In this document: positions 1 to 11,985 of the stretch, piece after piece
Numbering within the stretch: position 1 is the first letter of the stretch
Layout of the letters: every line of letters begins with the position of its first letter
Assembly (NCBI GenBank): GCA_028826165.1
Contig: JAPDFW010000057.1
Coordinates: 372,001-436,000 of the forward strand
Length of the DNA: 64,000 nucleotides
Source of the DNA: Anaeramoeba ignava BMAN
Lineage: Eukaryota > Protista > Anaeramoebae
Reading direction: 5' to 3'
The notes under the pieces: model-generated
What the model saw: only the letters and a program-made list of their open reading frames with translations
What the model was told of the DNA's origin: nothing
Database searches by the model: none
Translations under genes and position numbers: made by a program

Positions 1-158
1 AAAGAAAAAGAAAAAGAAAAAGAAAATTATTCTTTTTGAAACTTGAGTTTTTTATAAATTTGCTTTTTTCCTTTTACTTTTACTTTCTTTATAAATGAAA
101 AAAAAATGATCAAAAAAATTTCAATTAAATAAATAAACAATTTTTTTTATTGAAAAAG

Positions 159-3100
159 TTAAGCAATATTCTTTTTGATAAAATGTTTTGGACAAAAGAA
201 AAAGGGATGATTTATGTTCAAAAGAATGATATGAAAATTATATGTTCAATTTGCTTTTTAATTTCTAGAGGAATTACTGAACCTTTATTCTTTTTAATTA
301 TCTATTTCCTTTTTCATTTCAGACAGAAAACAAACACTTTCCAAATAAAAAATGCTTCAACAAAAATTACTCTCTCATCTTTTCTTTGTTTGATTCCAAA
401 TTTTGCTCTTCATTTAATTATTTTTATTGTTCGGTTTTCTTCAAATACTACAAATAAATTTTATTCAATTTATAATGAAGATAGTAACACTTGTTTAATT
501 CCTGGAATTTCTACATTAATTTTTGCTGCATTTGAATTAATATTTTTTATTTTTTTCCGTAATGATTTTCTATAATTCCAAAATATATTCAAAATAAATA
601 TTCCAAATAAATATTCAAAATAAATATAATTCCAAAATAAATATATTCAAAATAAATATATTCAAAATAAATATAATTCCAAAATATATTCAAAATAAAT
701 ATTCAATATAAATATATTCAAATAAATATATCCAAAATAAATATTCAAAATAAATATAGAGACCTTCAAAATAAATATTCAAAATAAATATTATTCCAAA
801 ATATATTCAAAATAAATATTATTCAAAATAAATATAATTCCAAAATAAATATATTCAAAAAAATAAATATTCAAAATAAATATATATTCAAATAAATATT
901 ATTCAAAATAAATATTATTCCAAAATAAATGGGGATCCAAAAATATTCAAAATAAATATAATTCAAAAAAATATATTCAAAATAAATATATTCAAAATAA
1001 ATATATTCAAAAATAAATATATTCAAATTAAATAATATTCAAAATAAATATTCAAAATAAATATTCCAAAATAAATATATTCAAAATAAATATAATTCCA
1101 AAATAAATATATTCAAAAATATTCAAAATAAATATTCAAAATAAATATATTCAAAATAAATATATTCAAAATAAATATTTAATATAAATATTATTCAAAA
1201 AAATATTCAAAATAAATATTTAATATAAATATAATTCCAAAATATATTCAAAATAAATATATTCAAAATAAATATAATTCCAAAATAAATATTCAATATT
1301 TATTCAAAATATTTAAAATGTTTTCTAGTTATAAAAGCTTATCGTTTTGGAAATCATATTATAAACAGTTCTTTTACAGATAAAGTATTCATTCTCACAT
1401 TATTTTTGCTAGTTGGTGTAATTATGGATATTGTACTTTCGATTCCAGAAAATTCTTCAAATCTTCAATTATTTCGAATTTTAATCATTTTTGCAATAAT
1501 TTTCTCAACTGTTTTTGTAAGAAAAAATTTCAATTCAAATTCAAATTCAAATTCAAATTCCAAATTAAAATTAAAATTAAAATTAAAATTCAAATTCAAA
1601 TTCAAATTCAAATTCAAATTCAAATTCAAATTCCAATTCCAAATTAAAATTAAAATTCAAATTAAAATTGTTATTTTTTTTTAAACATAGATTTTGATCC
1701 TCCAACCTTTAATTAAATCTAAAGGATTGAAATTTGAATCTTTTAATTTTGTTCTCAAGGAATCAAAACCAAACGAAACAAGAACAAAAGAAGTTCAAAT
1801 ATTTGATAAAAAAAATGGAATTCAAGAAGAAAAAAAGGAATCAAGTGAACAAGAAGAGGATATAAATTTAAAACCTGAAACACCAACAACAAGTGGTGAA
1901 GATTTCGTTGTTTATTTAGATCAAGAAGAAACAAAACACATTACTCAAATAATGAAAGATTCTGGTTATAAAGAAGAAGATGATGATGATCTTGATTTGC
2001 AACTTAGTGATGATGAAGTAAATGCTGTTTCTCGATTTAAACAATATAATCGATCACTTCGTTTGGGAAAAAGAAGACTTTTATTGAAACCAAAAAAGGA
2101 TAATGAAAATCAAATTGAAATTAAAAATCAAAATCAAAATCAAAATGAAAATAAAAATCAAAATAAAAATCAAAATCAAAATGAAAATCAAAATAAAATT
2201 AATCCAATTACAAAAGAATATTCAATCAAATCAAAGAATAATTTGGATAACAATTTAGATTATGATTTAAATTTAGATTTAGAACAAAGTTTAGATTTAA
2301 ATTTAGATAAAAATCATAATCATAAATCAAACCATAAATCAAATCATAAATCAAATCATAAAATCAAATCATAAATCAAAACAAAATTTGGATAACAATT
2401 TGGATGAAAATTTGGATAACAATTTAGATAACAATTTGGATGAAAATTTGGATAACAATTTGGATTATGATTTAAATTTAGATTTAGAACAAAGTTTAGA
2501 TTTAAATTTAGATAAAAATCATAATCATAAATCAAACCATAAATCAAATCATAAATCAAATCAAAAATCAAATCATAAATCAAATCATAAATCAAATCAT
2601 AAATCAGAACATAAATCAAATCATAAATCAAATCAAAAATCAAATCATAAATCAAAACATAATTTGGATAACAATTTGGATGAAAATTTGGATTATGATT
2701 TAGATTATGATTTAAATTTAGATTTAGAACAAAGTTTAGATTTAAATTTAGATAAAAATCATAATCATAAATCAAACCATAAATCAAATCATAAATCAGA
2801 ACATAAATCAAATCATAAATCAAACCATAAATCAAACCATAAATCAAACCATAAATCAAATCATAAATCAAAACAAAATTTGGATAACAATTTGGATGAA
2901 AATTTAGATAATAATTTAGATTATGATTTAAATTTAGATTTAGAACAAAGTTTAGATTTAAATTTAGATAAAAATCATAATCATAAATCAGAACATAAAT
3001 CAAAAAAAAATTTAGATGAAAGTTTGAATTCAGATTTTGAACAAAGTTTAGATTTCATTTTAGATCCAAATTCAACAGAAAATATAATTAAAAATTCAAA

Positions 3101-3423
3101 AAAAGATTTAGAAAAAGATTAGAAAAGATTTAGAAAAAGATTTAGAAAAAGATTTAGAAAAAGATTTAGAAAAAGATTTAGAAAAAGATTTAGAAAAAGA
3201 TTTAGAAAAAGATTTAGAAAAAGATTTAGAAAAAGATTTAGAAAAAGATTTAGAAAAAGATTTAGAAAAAGATTTAGAAAAAGATTTAGAAAAAGATCCA
3301 ATTTCTCAAGATCAATTTTCAGATAATTCTTCTTTTGAATTTCAATCAATTTCTGAAAATGAATTAGCAGAAATATTTGAAACATTTGATGATAATGAAT
3401 TTCAAGAAAATGAATTGAATTAG
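159..3423 (+). CDS. 7TM GPCR-like protein (plant CAND2/PMTR1-like), 5'-partial, with long repetitive cytoplasmic tail
   Basis: Exons 159-558, 1329-1516, 1691-3423; GT-AG introns 559-1328 and 1517-1690 keep frame. Motifs ISRGITEPLFF, CLIPGISTLIF and LILQPLIKSKGL align with the paralog at 53947, which has the same intron positions. Three single-base indels in tail repeats (~2360, ~3120, ~3126) are probably sequencing errors. First exon lies before the window. Confidence 0.75.
559..1328 (+). repeat. Intron filled with degenerate ~13-16 bp (AAAATAAATATATTC)n tandem repeat
   Basis: Visible tandem repeat between GT at 559 and AG at 1328. Confidence 0.85.
2230..3297 (+). repeat. Coding tandem repeats: (HKSN)n, (LDNN/LDEN)n, LDYDLNLDLEQSLDLNLDK blocks, (KDLE)n
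   Basis: 12-bp units CATAAATCAAAT and GATTTAGAAAAA inside higher-order blocks repeated four times. Confidence 0.9.
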
Positions 3424-3550
3424 TATTTGATTTAAAAATTTTGAATATTTATATTTTTTTGTTTTTATTTTATTTTGTTTTGTTCCACTTTCAATTTGTT
3501 CCACTTTTTTTTTTTTTAACCTTTTTCAATAAACAAAAAAAAAAAACAAT

Positions 3551-3620
3551 CCGTTAAATCGTTATTTTTCTTTTATTTTTTTTTTTTCATTTTTTCTTGT
3601 CATTTTCAATTAACTAACGG
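3551..3620. promoter_or_regulatory. Two oppositely oriented TAACGG (MSA/Myb-type) elements upstream of cyclin
   Basis: CCGTTA at 3551-3556 and TAACGG at 3615-3620, in a spacer with very few CpG dinucleotides, ~120-190 bp upstream of the cyclin ATG. Confidence 0.5.
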
Positions 3621-3736
3621 TTTTTTTTTTTCTTTTTAAAATTCATTTTAAATTCTTTTTGATTTGAAAAAAATTTTTTTTTCATTATTTTCATCTTTTC
3701 TTCTTGTTTTTTTTTTCAAATTAAAAATAATTTAAA

Positions 3737-4943
3737 ATGAATTCAAATCCTTTAAAACCTTTACCAAGAAAAATTCCAAAAGAAATACATCCAAAAAAAA
3801 TGAATAAAATTAATCGAATAAAAAGACCGTTAGATAATATAACAAATATACAAACAACTTTATATGAAAATTCATTAAAAAACCCAAGAATTGGAAATAA
3901 AGATAAAAAAGGAAAGAAAAAAGAAAAGAAAATTGAAACCAAAACACCAAAATTAATTGAATCAACAATTCAAAACAGTAAATCAATAATTTTTCCACTT
4001 TTTTTATTTTTGATTTTATTTTTGATTTTATTTTTGATTTTAATTTTAATTTCATTATTGAATAGATTCTTCAATTCAAATGGTTTTAACACCAAATTGT
4101 ACTTCAACTATTTCACAAGAATCACCAATCAAACAAAAAACAACAAACACAGATCCATCATTAGTAGCAGAATATTCTGAAGAAATATATCAACAATTTT
4201 TAGAAAACGAAAAAAAATATCAACCAAGTATTGATTATATCGAAGAAACTCAAAACATGATTAACGAAAAAATGCGTGAAATTTTAGTTGATTGGCTAAT
4301 TGAAACAAGTCAAGAACATGAATTTCATAGCGAAACATTATTTTTAGCAATAAATTTAGTAGATCGATTTCTAAGCAAATATTCAGTTTCAAAACAACAA
4401 TTCCAATTATTAGGCGCAGCTTGCCTGATGATTGCATCAAAATATGAAGAAATATATCCGCCTTCAATTGATGATTTTGTTTATATTTGCATGAATACAT
4501 ATACAAAAAATAATTTCGTTGTTTGTGAGACTAAAGTTTGCAATGAATTGCATTTTGATTTCACAGTGATTACTCCTATTCATTTTTTGAGAAGGTTTCT
4601 TCGAATCACTGAAGGATCTGATTTGATTTTAATGGTTTTGTCGAATTATTTATGCGAATTGCAACTACTTGATTATTCCTTATTGAAATATCCTCCTTCT
4701 TTAATTGCTGCTGCTGCTATTTTTGCTGCAAGAGGAATCCTTCAAAAAAATATTTGGGATCCCGCTTTACTTTCTGATTGTCCCTATTCTATAGCTCAAT
4801 TAAGAACTTGTGTTTTTGATTTATTGAGATTGTTTGAATCAGCAAAAAATAGTGAAAGTAAAGCTTGTTTTTCTAAATATTCTGGAACTGAATTGTATAA
4901 CGTTGCTTTGCTTAAATCTCCAAGTCTTGAAAATTTCTTCTAA
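3737..4943 (+). CDS. Mitotic cyclin (A/B type)
   Basis: Exons 3737-3977 and 4066-4943; the intron 3978-4065 joins the two ORFs in frame. Cyclin box MREILVDWL, ETLFLAINLVDRFLS, IASKYEEIYPP; D-box-like KRPLDNITN. Confidence 0.93.
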
Positions 4944-5100
4944 AAACAAAAAGAAAAGAAAAATTCTATTTGTTATGAAATAATCAAAAATTTATTTTTA
5001 ATTTTTAATAATAATAATAATAATAATAATTGAATAAATCAATCCAAAAAAATTTATAAAAATTAAAATCATTTTTTCTTTTTTTTTCTTTCAATTAAAA

Positions 5101-7554
5101 ATGGATGTTTGGAAAATAATCGAACAAGAAAATATTCAAATTGATAATTTAAAAGAAATTGAATTTATTCCACAAAATGAATTAATAAAACAAAATAAAC
5201 CAATTTTACATTTTGCACTTGAAAAAAAAGTTTCAAAAGAAATTATTCAACTTTTAATTGAAAAAGGAGCAAACATAAACTCAATTGATAATTTAAGAAG
5301 AAATTCTTTGCACATTTCAATTATACATAATCCTTCATTAGAAATTATTGAATATTTGATTTCAAAAGGAATTAATATTAAATCAAAAACAAATTATAAG
5401 GAAAATGCTTTACATTTTGCTTGCAAAAATTTAAATCCTTCATTAGAAATTATTGAATACTTGATTTCAAAAGGAATTAATATTAAATCAAAAACAAATT
5501 ATAACGAAAATTCTTTACATTTTGCTTGCAACAATTTAAATCCTTCATTTGAAATTATTAAATATTTAATTTCAAAAGGAATTGATATTAATACAAAAAC
5601 AAATGAAAATAAAACAGCTTTACATTTTGCTTGTCTAAATCCAAAAATATCATTTGAAATTATTGAATATTTAATTTCAAAAGGAATTGATATTAAATCA
5701 AAAACAGATCATAAGGAAAATGCCTTACATTTTGCTTGTCTAAATCTAAATCCTTCATTAGAAATTATTAAATATTTAATTTCAAAAGGAATTAATATTA
5801 AATCAAAAACAAATGAAAATAAAACAGCTTTACATTTTGCCTGTGAAAATTCAAATATTTCATTTGAAATTATTAAATATTTGATTTCAAAAGGAATTAA
5901 TATTAAATCAAAGGCAAATGAAAACAAAACAGCTTTACATTTTGCCTGTGAAAATAATACATCATTAGAAATTATTAAATATTTGATTTCAAAAGGAATT
6001 GATATTAATGCAAAAACAAATTATAATGAAAATGCTTTACATTTTGCTTGCAAAAATCTACATCCTTCATTAGAAATTATTAAATACTTGATTTCAAAAG
6101 GAATTGATATTAATACAAAAACTGATTACGATCAAAATGCTTTGCATCTTGCTTGCGAAAATTTCAATCCTTCATTCGAAATTATTAAATATTTGGTTTC
6201 AAAAGGAATTAATATTCATGAAAAAACAAATGAAAATGAAACCGCTTTACATTTGGTTTGTTTGAATCCGAAATCATCAATCGAAACACTCAAATATTTG
6301 GTTAAGAAGGGTATTAACACTGATCAAAAAACATATGGAAATGAAACTGAATTACATTTTGCTTGCTTAAATGAAAATGAAAAATTTTTATTTGAATCTG
6401 TCAAATTTCTTATTGAAAAAGGGGTTAATATCAATTCACAAACTGAAGAAGATCAAAATCCTTTTCATTATGTTTGCGAAAATGAGGTTGTATCTATTGA
6501 AATTCTCCAATTGTTTATTGAAAAAGGAATAGATATTAATTCAAAAACAAGCACAGATATGACACCTTTACAAATTGCTTGTTCAAAGAGAAATACTTCA
6601 ATCCAAATTATCCAGTATTTGATTGAAAATGGAAGTGATATTAATGCGAAAAATGTGAATAACAAATCAGCCCTTTCAATAGTAATTAATCAAAAAAGAC
6701 AAGATTTAATAGAATTATTATTGATGAACGATGCAGATATTTCCCATTTAACAGAAGATGAAATCACAATTGAATTTGTTGAAAGTTTCTCCAAAGTTTT
6801 TTCAATAAACGAGGATTTACACAAACTATTGAATTCAAATGATAATTTTTCCGATTTAATCATTCAATCAAACGATTCTGAAAAATTCAATGTTCATAAA
6901 TTGATTTTATTAACAAGATTTGATAAAAACGATTCAATTTTATCTAAATTTATCAATATTTGCTCTCAAAAATCAAAAGGAGATGTTCAATTTGCATTAA
7001 ATTTCATTTATACTGGATTTTTTAATTTTCAACAAATTTCTGATAAATTAAATCAAAAAGAGCAAATAAAACAAATTGGAGAAGAAGAAGAAAAAGAAAA
7101 AGAAAAAGAAAAGAAAATTGTTGAAGAATTTTTCAAAGAAATTGGAATTGATTCAAAATGGATTGAATCAAAAAAGGGAAGAAAAGGAATCATCAAAGAT
7201 TTATCAAAATTATATGAAGAAAATGAAACAAAAGATTTTACAATAATAATTTCAAATGAAAATAATGAAGAAGAAAAAGAAATTAAGGTTCATAAATTAA
7301 TATTAATATTAAGAAGTGAATTATATAAAGGAATGTTTCAATTAAATGTTCAAGATACATCAAATCAAGTTCATGATTATTCAAAAAAATCATTTGAAAC
7401 AATTCAAGAATTAATTTATTTTCTTTATCATGATAAATTTGAAGAAACAAAAGAAATTAATTCAAGAATGATTGAAGAATTTGAAGATTTAAAAGATTAT
7501 TATCAATTAAATCAAAACTCAATAATTGATTTAATTTTAAAATCAAAAATTTAA
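5101..7554 (+). CDS. Ankyrin-repeat protein with C-terminal tandem BTB/POZ domains
   Basis: About 14 ankyrin repeats (TALHFAC...EIIKYLISKGIDIN), then BTB motifs FSDLIIQ...VHKLIL and KDFTIII...VHKLILILRSELYKGMF; intronless. Confidence 0.92.
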   Translation: MDVWKIIEQENIQIDNLKEIEFIPQNELIKQNKPILHFALEKKVSKEIIQLLIEKGANINSIDNLRRNSLHISIIHNPSLEIIEYLISKGINIKSKTNYKENALHFACKNLNPSLEIIEYLISKGINIKSKTNYNENSLHFACNNLNPSFEIIKYLISKGIDINTKTNENKTALHFACLNPKISFEIIEYLISKGIDIKSKTDHKENALHFACLNLNPSLEIIKYLISKGINIKSKTNENKTALHFACENSNISFEIIKYLISKGINIKSKANENKTALHFACENNTSLEIIKYLISKGIDINAKTNYNENALHFACKNLHPSLEIIKYLISKGIDINTKTDYDQNALHLACENFNPSFEIIKYLVSKGINIHEKTNENETALHLVCLNPKSSIETLKYLVKKGINTDQKTYGNETELHFACLNENEKFLFESVKFLIEKGVNINSQTEEDQNPFHYVCENEVVSIEILQLFIEKGIDINSKTSTDMTPLQIACSKRNTSIQIIQYLIENGSDINAKNVNNKSALSIVINQKRQDLIELLLMNDADISHLTEDEITIEFVESFSKVFSINEDLHKLLNSNDNFSDLIIQSNDSEKFNVHKLILLTRFDKNDSILSKFINICSQKSKGDVQFALNFIYTGFFNFQQISDKLNQKEQIKQIGEEEEKEKEKEKKIVEEFFKEIGIDSKWIESKKGRKGIIKDLSKLYEENETKDFTIIISNENNEEEKEIKVHKLILILRSELYKGMFQLNVQDTSNQVHDYSKKSFETIQELIYFLYHDKFEETKEINSRMIEEFEDLKDYYQLNQNSIIDLILKSKI

Positions 7555-8320
7555 TCAAAAATTTAATCAAAAATTTAATCAAAAATTTAATCAAAAATTT
7601 AATCTAAAATTAAAATAAATAATTTAATCAATAATTTAATCTAAAATTAATAATTTAATCTAAAATCAATAATTTAATCAAAATAATAATTTAATCTAAA
7701 ATAAATAATTTAATCAAAAATCAATAATTTAATCAAAAATAAATAATTTAATCAATAATTTAATCAAAAATTAATAATTTAATCTAAAATTAATAATTTA
7801 ATCTAAAATTAAATAATTTAATCAAAAGATTAATAATTTAATCAAAAGAAAATAAAATAATTTAATCTAAAATTAAATAATTTAATCAATAATTAATTTA
7901 ATCTCAAAAATCAATAATTTAATCTAAAAATCAATAATTTAATCTAAAAATTAATAATTTAATCTAAAATAAATAATTTAATCTAAAATTAAAAATTTAA
8001 TCAAAAATTAAATCTAAAAATCAAAAAAAGAAAAATTAAATAATTTAATCTAAAATCAATAATTTAATCTAAAAGAAAATTAAATAATTTAATCAAAAAT
8101 CAATAATTTAATCTAAAATCAATAATTTAATCTAAAATCAATAATTTAATCAAAAATTAAAAAATAAATAATTTAATCTAAAATTAATAATTTAATCTAA
8201 AATTAAATTAAATCTAAAATTAATAATTTAATCTAAAAGAAAATTAATAATTTAATCAATAATCAAATCTAAAATAAAATAAATAATTTAATCAAAAAGA
8301 AAATTAAAAATTTAAAATTA
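7555..8320. repeat. Intergenic minisatellite (AATTTAATCTAAAATTAAT-like, ~12-20 bp unit)
   Basis: Tandem degenerate AATTTAATC(T/A)AAAA units starting at the stop codon of the ankyrin-BTB gene. Confidence 0.85.
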
Positions 8321-8362
8321 TTTTTTCATTTTTCATTTTTCATTTTTTTCTTTTTTTCTAAA

Positions 8363-11300
8363 ATGGGAAGAAATAAAAAAACTCAAAGAGTTTCTTCAAA
8401 AAAATCAAGAAAAAAGAATCAAGAAAAAGAATTACAATCAAATCCTTTTAATTTTAGACAAAAAAAACAAAAATTTGAAATTATTGGAACTAAAACAGAA
8501 AAATCACAAAATATTCCACAAAAAAGAGAACAATCATTTAAAATTGTAAAAGAAATAAAAAGAAATAAAAGAAATAAAAAGAAATAAAAGAAAAGAAAAA
8601 AAAAATTTTTTTTAAAAATATTAAAATATTAAATTCAAAATCAAAATCAATTATTCTTTCTAAATTTTAAAAAGAGAGAAGAAACTTTAAGAAAAGAATT
8701 ACAAAATCAAAATAAATCAAATGTTTTTATTGATAAAAGAATTGGTGAAAATGATTCTAAACAAATTGCAAAAGAAGATAAAGTTTTTCTTCGATTTCAA
8801 CAACAAAGAATGAAAAAATTTTCGAAGAAAAATATTTATAATCTTGATGATAATGAAGAAAAAATTCAAAAGAAAAAACCTATTTTAACTCATAATGGAG
8901 TTGATATTATGGAAATTCCTAATTCAATTTTAAATCAAGAAATTGATAAAGAAAAAGAAGATGATGAAAATGTTTATAGTTTTGATGATGAAAGAATTAT
9001 TGATGAATTTCATTTTGGTCGTGGTTCAAATAATCAAAATAAAAAGAAATCAAGAAAAGAAGTTTTACATGAAATTATTTCAAAGAGCAAAATGTATAAA
9101 GTATATATTAAAAAATAAAAATTGAAATTCATTTTAAAATTCATTTTGAAATTAATATTAAAATTAAAATTCATTTTAAAATTAAAATTAAAATTAAAAT
9201 TAAAATTAAAATTCATTTTAAAATTAAAATTCATTTTGAAATTAATATTAAAATTAAAATTAAAATTAAAATTAAAATTAAAATTAAAATTAAAATTAAA
9301 ATTAAAATTAAAATTAAAATTAAAATTAAAAATTAAAATTCATTTTAAAATTCATTTTGAAATTAAAATTAAAATTAAAATTAAAATTAAAATTAAAATT
9401 AAAATTAAAATTAAAATTAAAATTAAAATTAAAATTTAAATCAATATTAAAATTAAAATTAAAATCAATATTAAAATTCATTTTGAAATTAAAATTAAAA
9501 TTAAAATTAAAATTAATATTAAAATCGGATAAAAAATTCATATTGAAATTAATATTAAAATTCATTTTAAAATTCATTTTGAAATTAAAATTAAAATCGG
9601 ATAAAAAATTCATTTTGAAATTAATATTAAAATCGGATAAAAAATTTTGAAAAATTAAGAATCAACACGATCAACAAAAAAAAGAACAAAAAGAAGAAAG
9701 AAAAATGCTTGATAATGAATTTGATGAAATTATTTCACATGGATTTTTGAAACCAAAAAGAAAACATACTTTAGAATCAACAAAAAATTCTCAAAATAAT
9801 GAATTTACTTCATCAATGAATGAATTATTTTTTGAAAAAAGAATTAAACCTTCAAATCGTTCAAAAACAGAAGAAGAAATCACAAAAGAAAAAAAAGAAA
9901 AAATGAAACAAAAAGAAGTAAAATTGATTCAATTCAAATTTAATTTGAAAATAATAATAATAATAATAATAATAAATCATTTTTTTTTTAAATTGAAAAT
10001 CAAATTTAAAGAAAGAAAACCAAAAAAGAATGCTTATGGATCAAGAATTTTCATCAGAAGATGAACAAGAAATGGAAAAACAAAAAAATACTTCTTTGAA
10101 TAAAAAAAAGAAAAATACAAGAATTACAGATGATGATATTTTTGATGATTTTGAATTACTTGAAGAATTTAGACAACATAATTTGAATGAGAATGAAAAT
10201 GGAAATGAAAATGAAAATCTAAGTGAAAATGAATTGGATGAAGAATATCAAGAAAAAGAAGATCTAATCAATGAATTTGATTTGGATCCTGATTTTAATA
10301 TTGAAGAACAATACAAAGAATTTATTTCTATTCTTGAAAAAAAAGGAAAAGAAGAAGAAAAAACCAACTTTATTCAAAAAACTCGAATCAAAATTACAAA
10401 TTCAAATCAAAACAAAAGACTGAAATTACAAAGACTTTATCAGCTTGTGTTTTATCATTTTACTCAACTTTGTGGAGCTTTGAATATTTCAAATGCAAAT
10501 TTGTTAGTAAATGAATTATTTGAAATTACTCAAATTATTCCAAGTTTTGTTGTTTATCATTCAAAACAAGAATTGAAAAAAATACAAGAAAAATTCACTG
10601 AGAGTTTACAACAAAATGTGCAGATATTACTTTCTCAAAATGATTCAAATCATAATGATAACCAAGAAAAGCAAAATATCATCAATTTTCCTGAAATTAT
10701 TGATATTTTTAAATTTAGATTGTTTTCCATTTTATTTCCTGTTACAGATTTTAGACATCCAGTTATCACACCAACTTTACTATTAATTAATGAAATTTTA
10801 ACAAAACGTCCTATTATAACTTTCCAAGATGTTTGCTCAAGTTTATTTTTAGCCTCAATATTTTATTCATGTGTATTTTAACAAAATTTTAAAAACCAAA
10901 AACCAAAAACAAAAAACAAAATTTCTTTTTTTTAAAAAAAATAATCTTTTAATTATGTATTCTTTTCTTTCTATTTTTCGTTCTTTCATTTTTTTATAAT
11001 TGATTTATAATCAAACTTTAAGTATTTGAAACCATCAAAAAGATATAGTCCTGAATTGATATTATTTCTAAAATCACTTCTTAAAACTTCAATTAAAGAA
11101 AATACAAAAAATTCTAATTCTTTTCAATTTAATATTTGTCCTCTTTGGATAAGAAATGATTGGTTATTTTTAAATCAAAAAGAAAAATTGATTCCAGAAA
11201 AACTTAAAATTAATATTTTAGTTGAAAATCAAGAGACAAATCAAAATAAAGTGAATTGTTTATCAATAATTGCTCAAATTTTAGATGAACTTATTGATGA

Positions 11301-11889
11301 TTGGAATTTACATCCTTCTTTTCCCGAAATTTTCACAGAAATTTCACAAATCATTTCCCTTTCAAAATTATCAATTTTAAATGAAAAAAAAAGCAAAAAA
11401 AAGAAAAGCAAAAAAAAGAAAAGTGAAAATTCTTTACAATTTATTTATTCATCTTTATTAAAGAAAATGAACAATCAAATTGAACAAAAATCAATTACAA
11501 GATCTAAATTACAAATTTATAACCGAAAACCTGCAATGATTAAATCTCTAAATCCAAAATTTAATATAACGTAATTAAAAAAAAAAAGTGGAACAAAAAA
11601 AAATTGAGAATTTTAATCAAAAAAAAAATATTTTCTTTTTTTTTCATTTTTAATTAGATTTTCATTATCAAAACCAAAAAGACTTGAAGCTTTGAAAAAA
11701 AAAGTACAAACAGAAACTCGAGGAGCAATTCGAGAATTAAGAAAAGATACAGCATTTTTAGCTTATGAAAAAGAAAAGAATAAACAAATTGAAAAAGAAG
11801 AAAGAAATCAAAAAACGAAAGAAATTTTTTCAGATTTACAACAACAACAACATCAATGGAAACAATTTTTAACTACAAAAAGAAAATAA
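8363..11889 (+). CDS. NOP14: Nucleolar protein 14 (SSU processome)
   Basis: Exons 8363-8545, 8675-9100, 9660-9917, 10012-10872, 11023-11570, 11658-11889, all with in-frame GT-AG joins. Motifs NPF, KSNVFIDKRIGEND, LTHNG, KSRKEVLHEIISKSK, PSNRSKTEEE, FPVTDFRHPVITP, ETRGAIRELRKD. Confidence 0.93.
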
Positions 11890-11985
11890 ATCAATAAAAT
11901 AAAATAAATCAATAAACAAATCAATAAATAAAATAAATCCTTTTGAAATTTATTGTTTTCCAATAAAATATTAAATTAAATTAAA

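Noticed and set aside
2356-3385. Minus-strand ORFs with LIYD/LFLN repeats, and similar antisense ORFs over other genes
   Set aside because: Shadows of coding repeats on the opposite strand.
9034-9650. ORFs of KIKI/LKLK/FNFN/ILIL type (also ~16836-17221, 20673-20967, 22890-23099, 50210-50407, 54181-54421, 55840-56176, 62707-63012)
   Set aside because: They are translations of (AAAATT)n-type microsatellites lying in introns or spacers; the flanking exons splice in frame without them.
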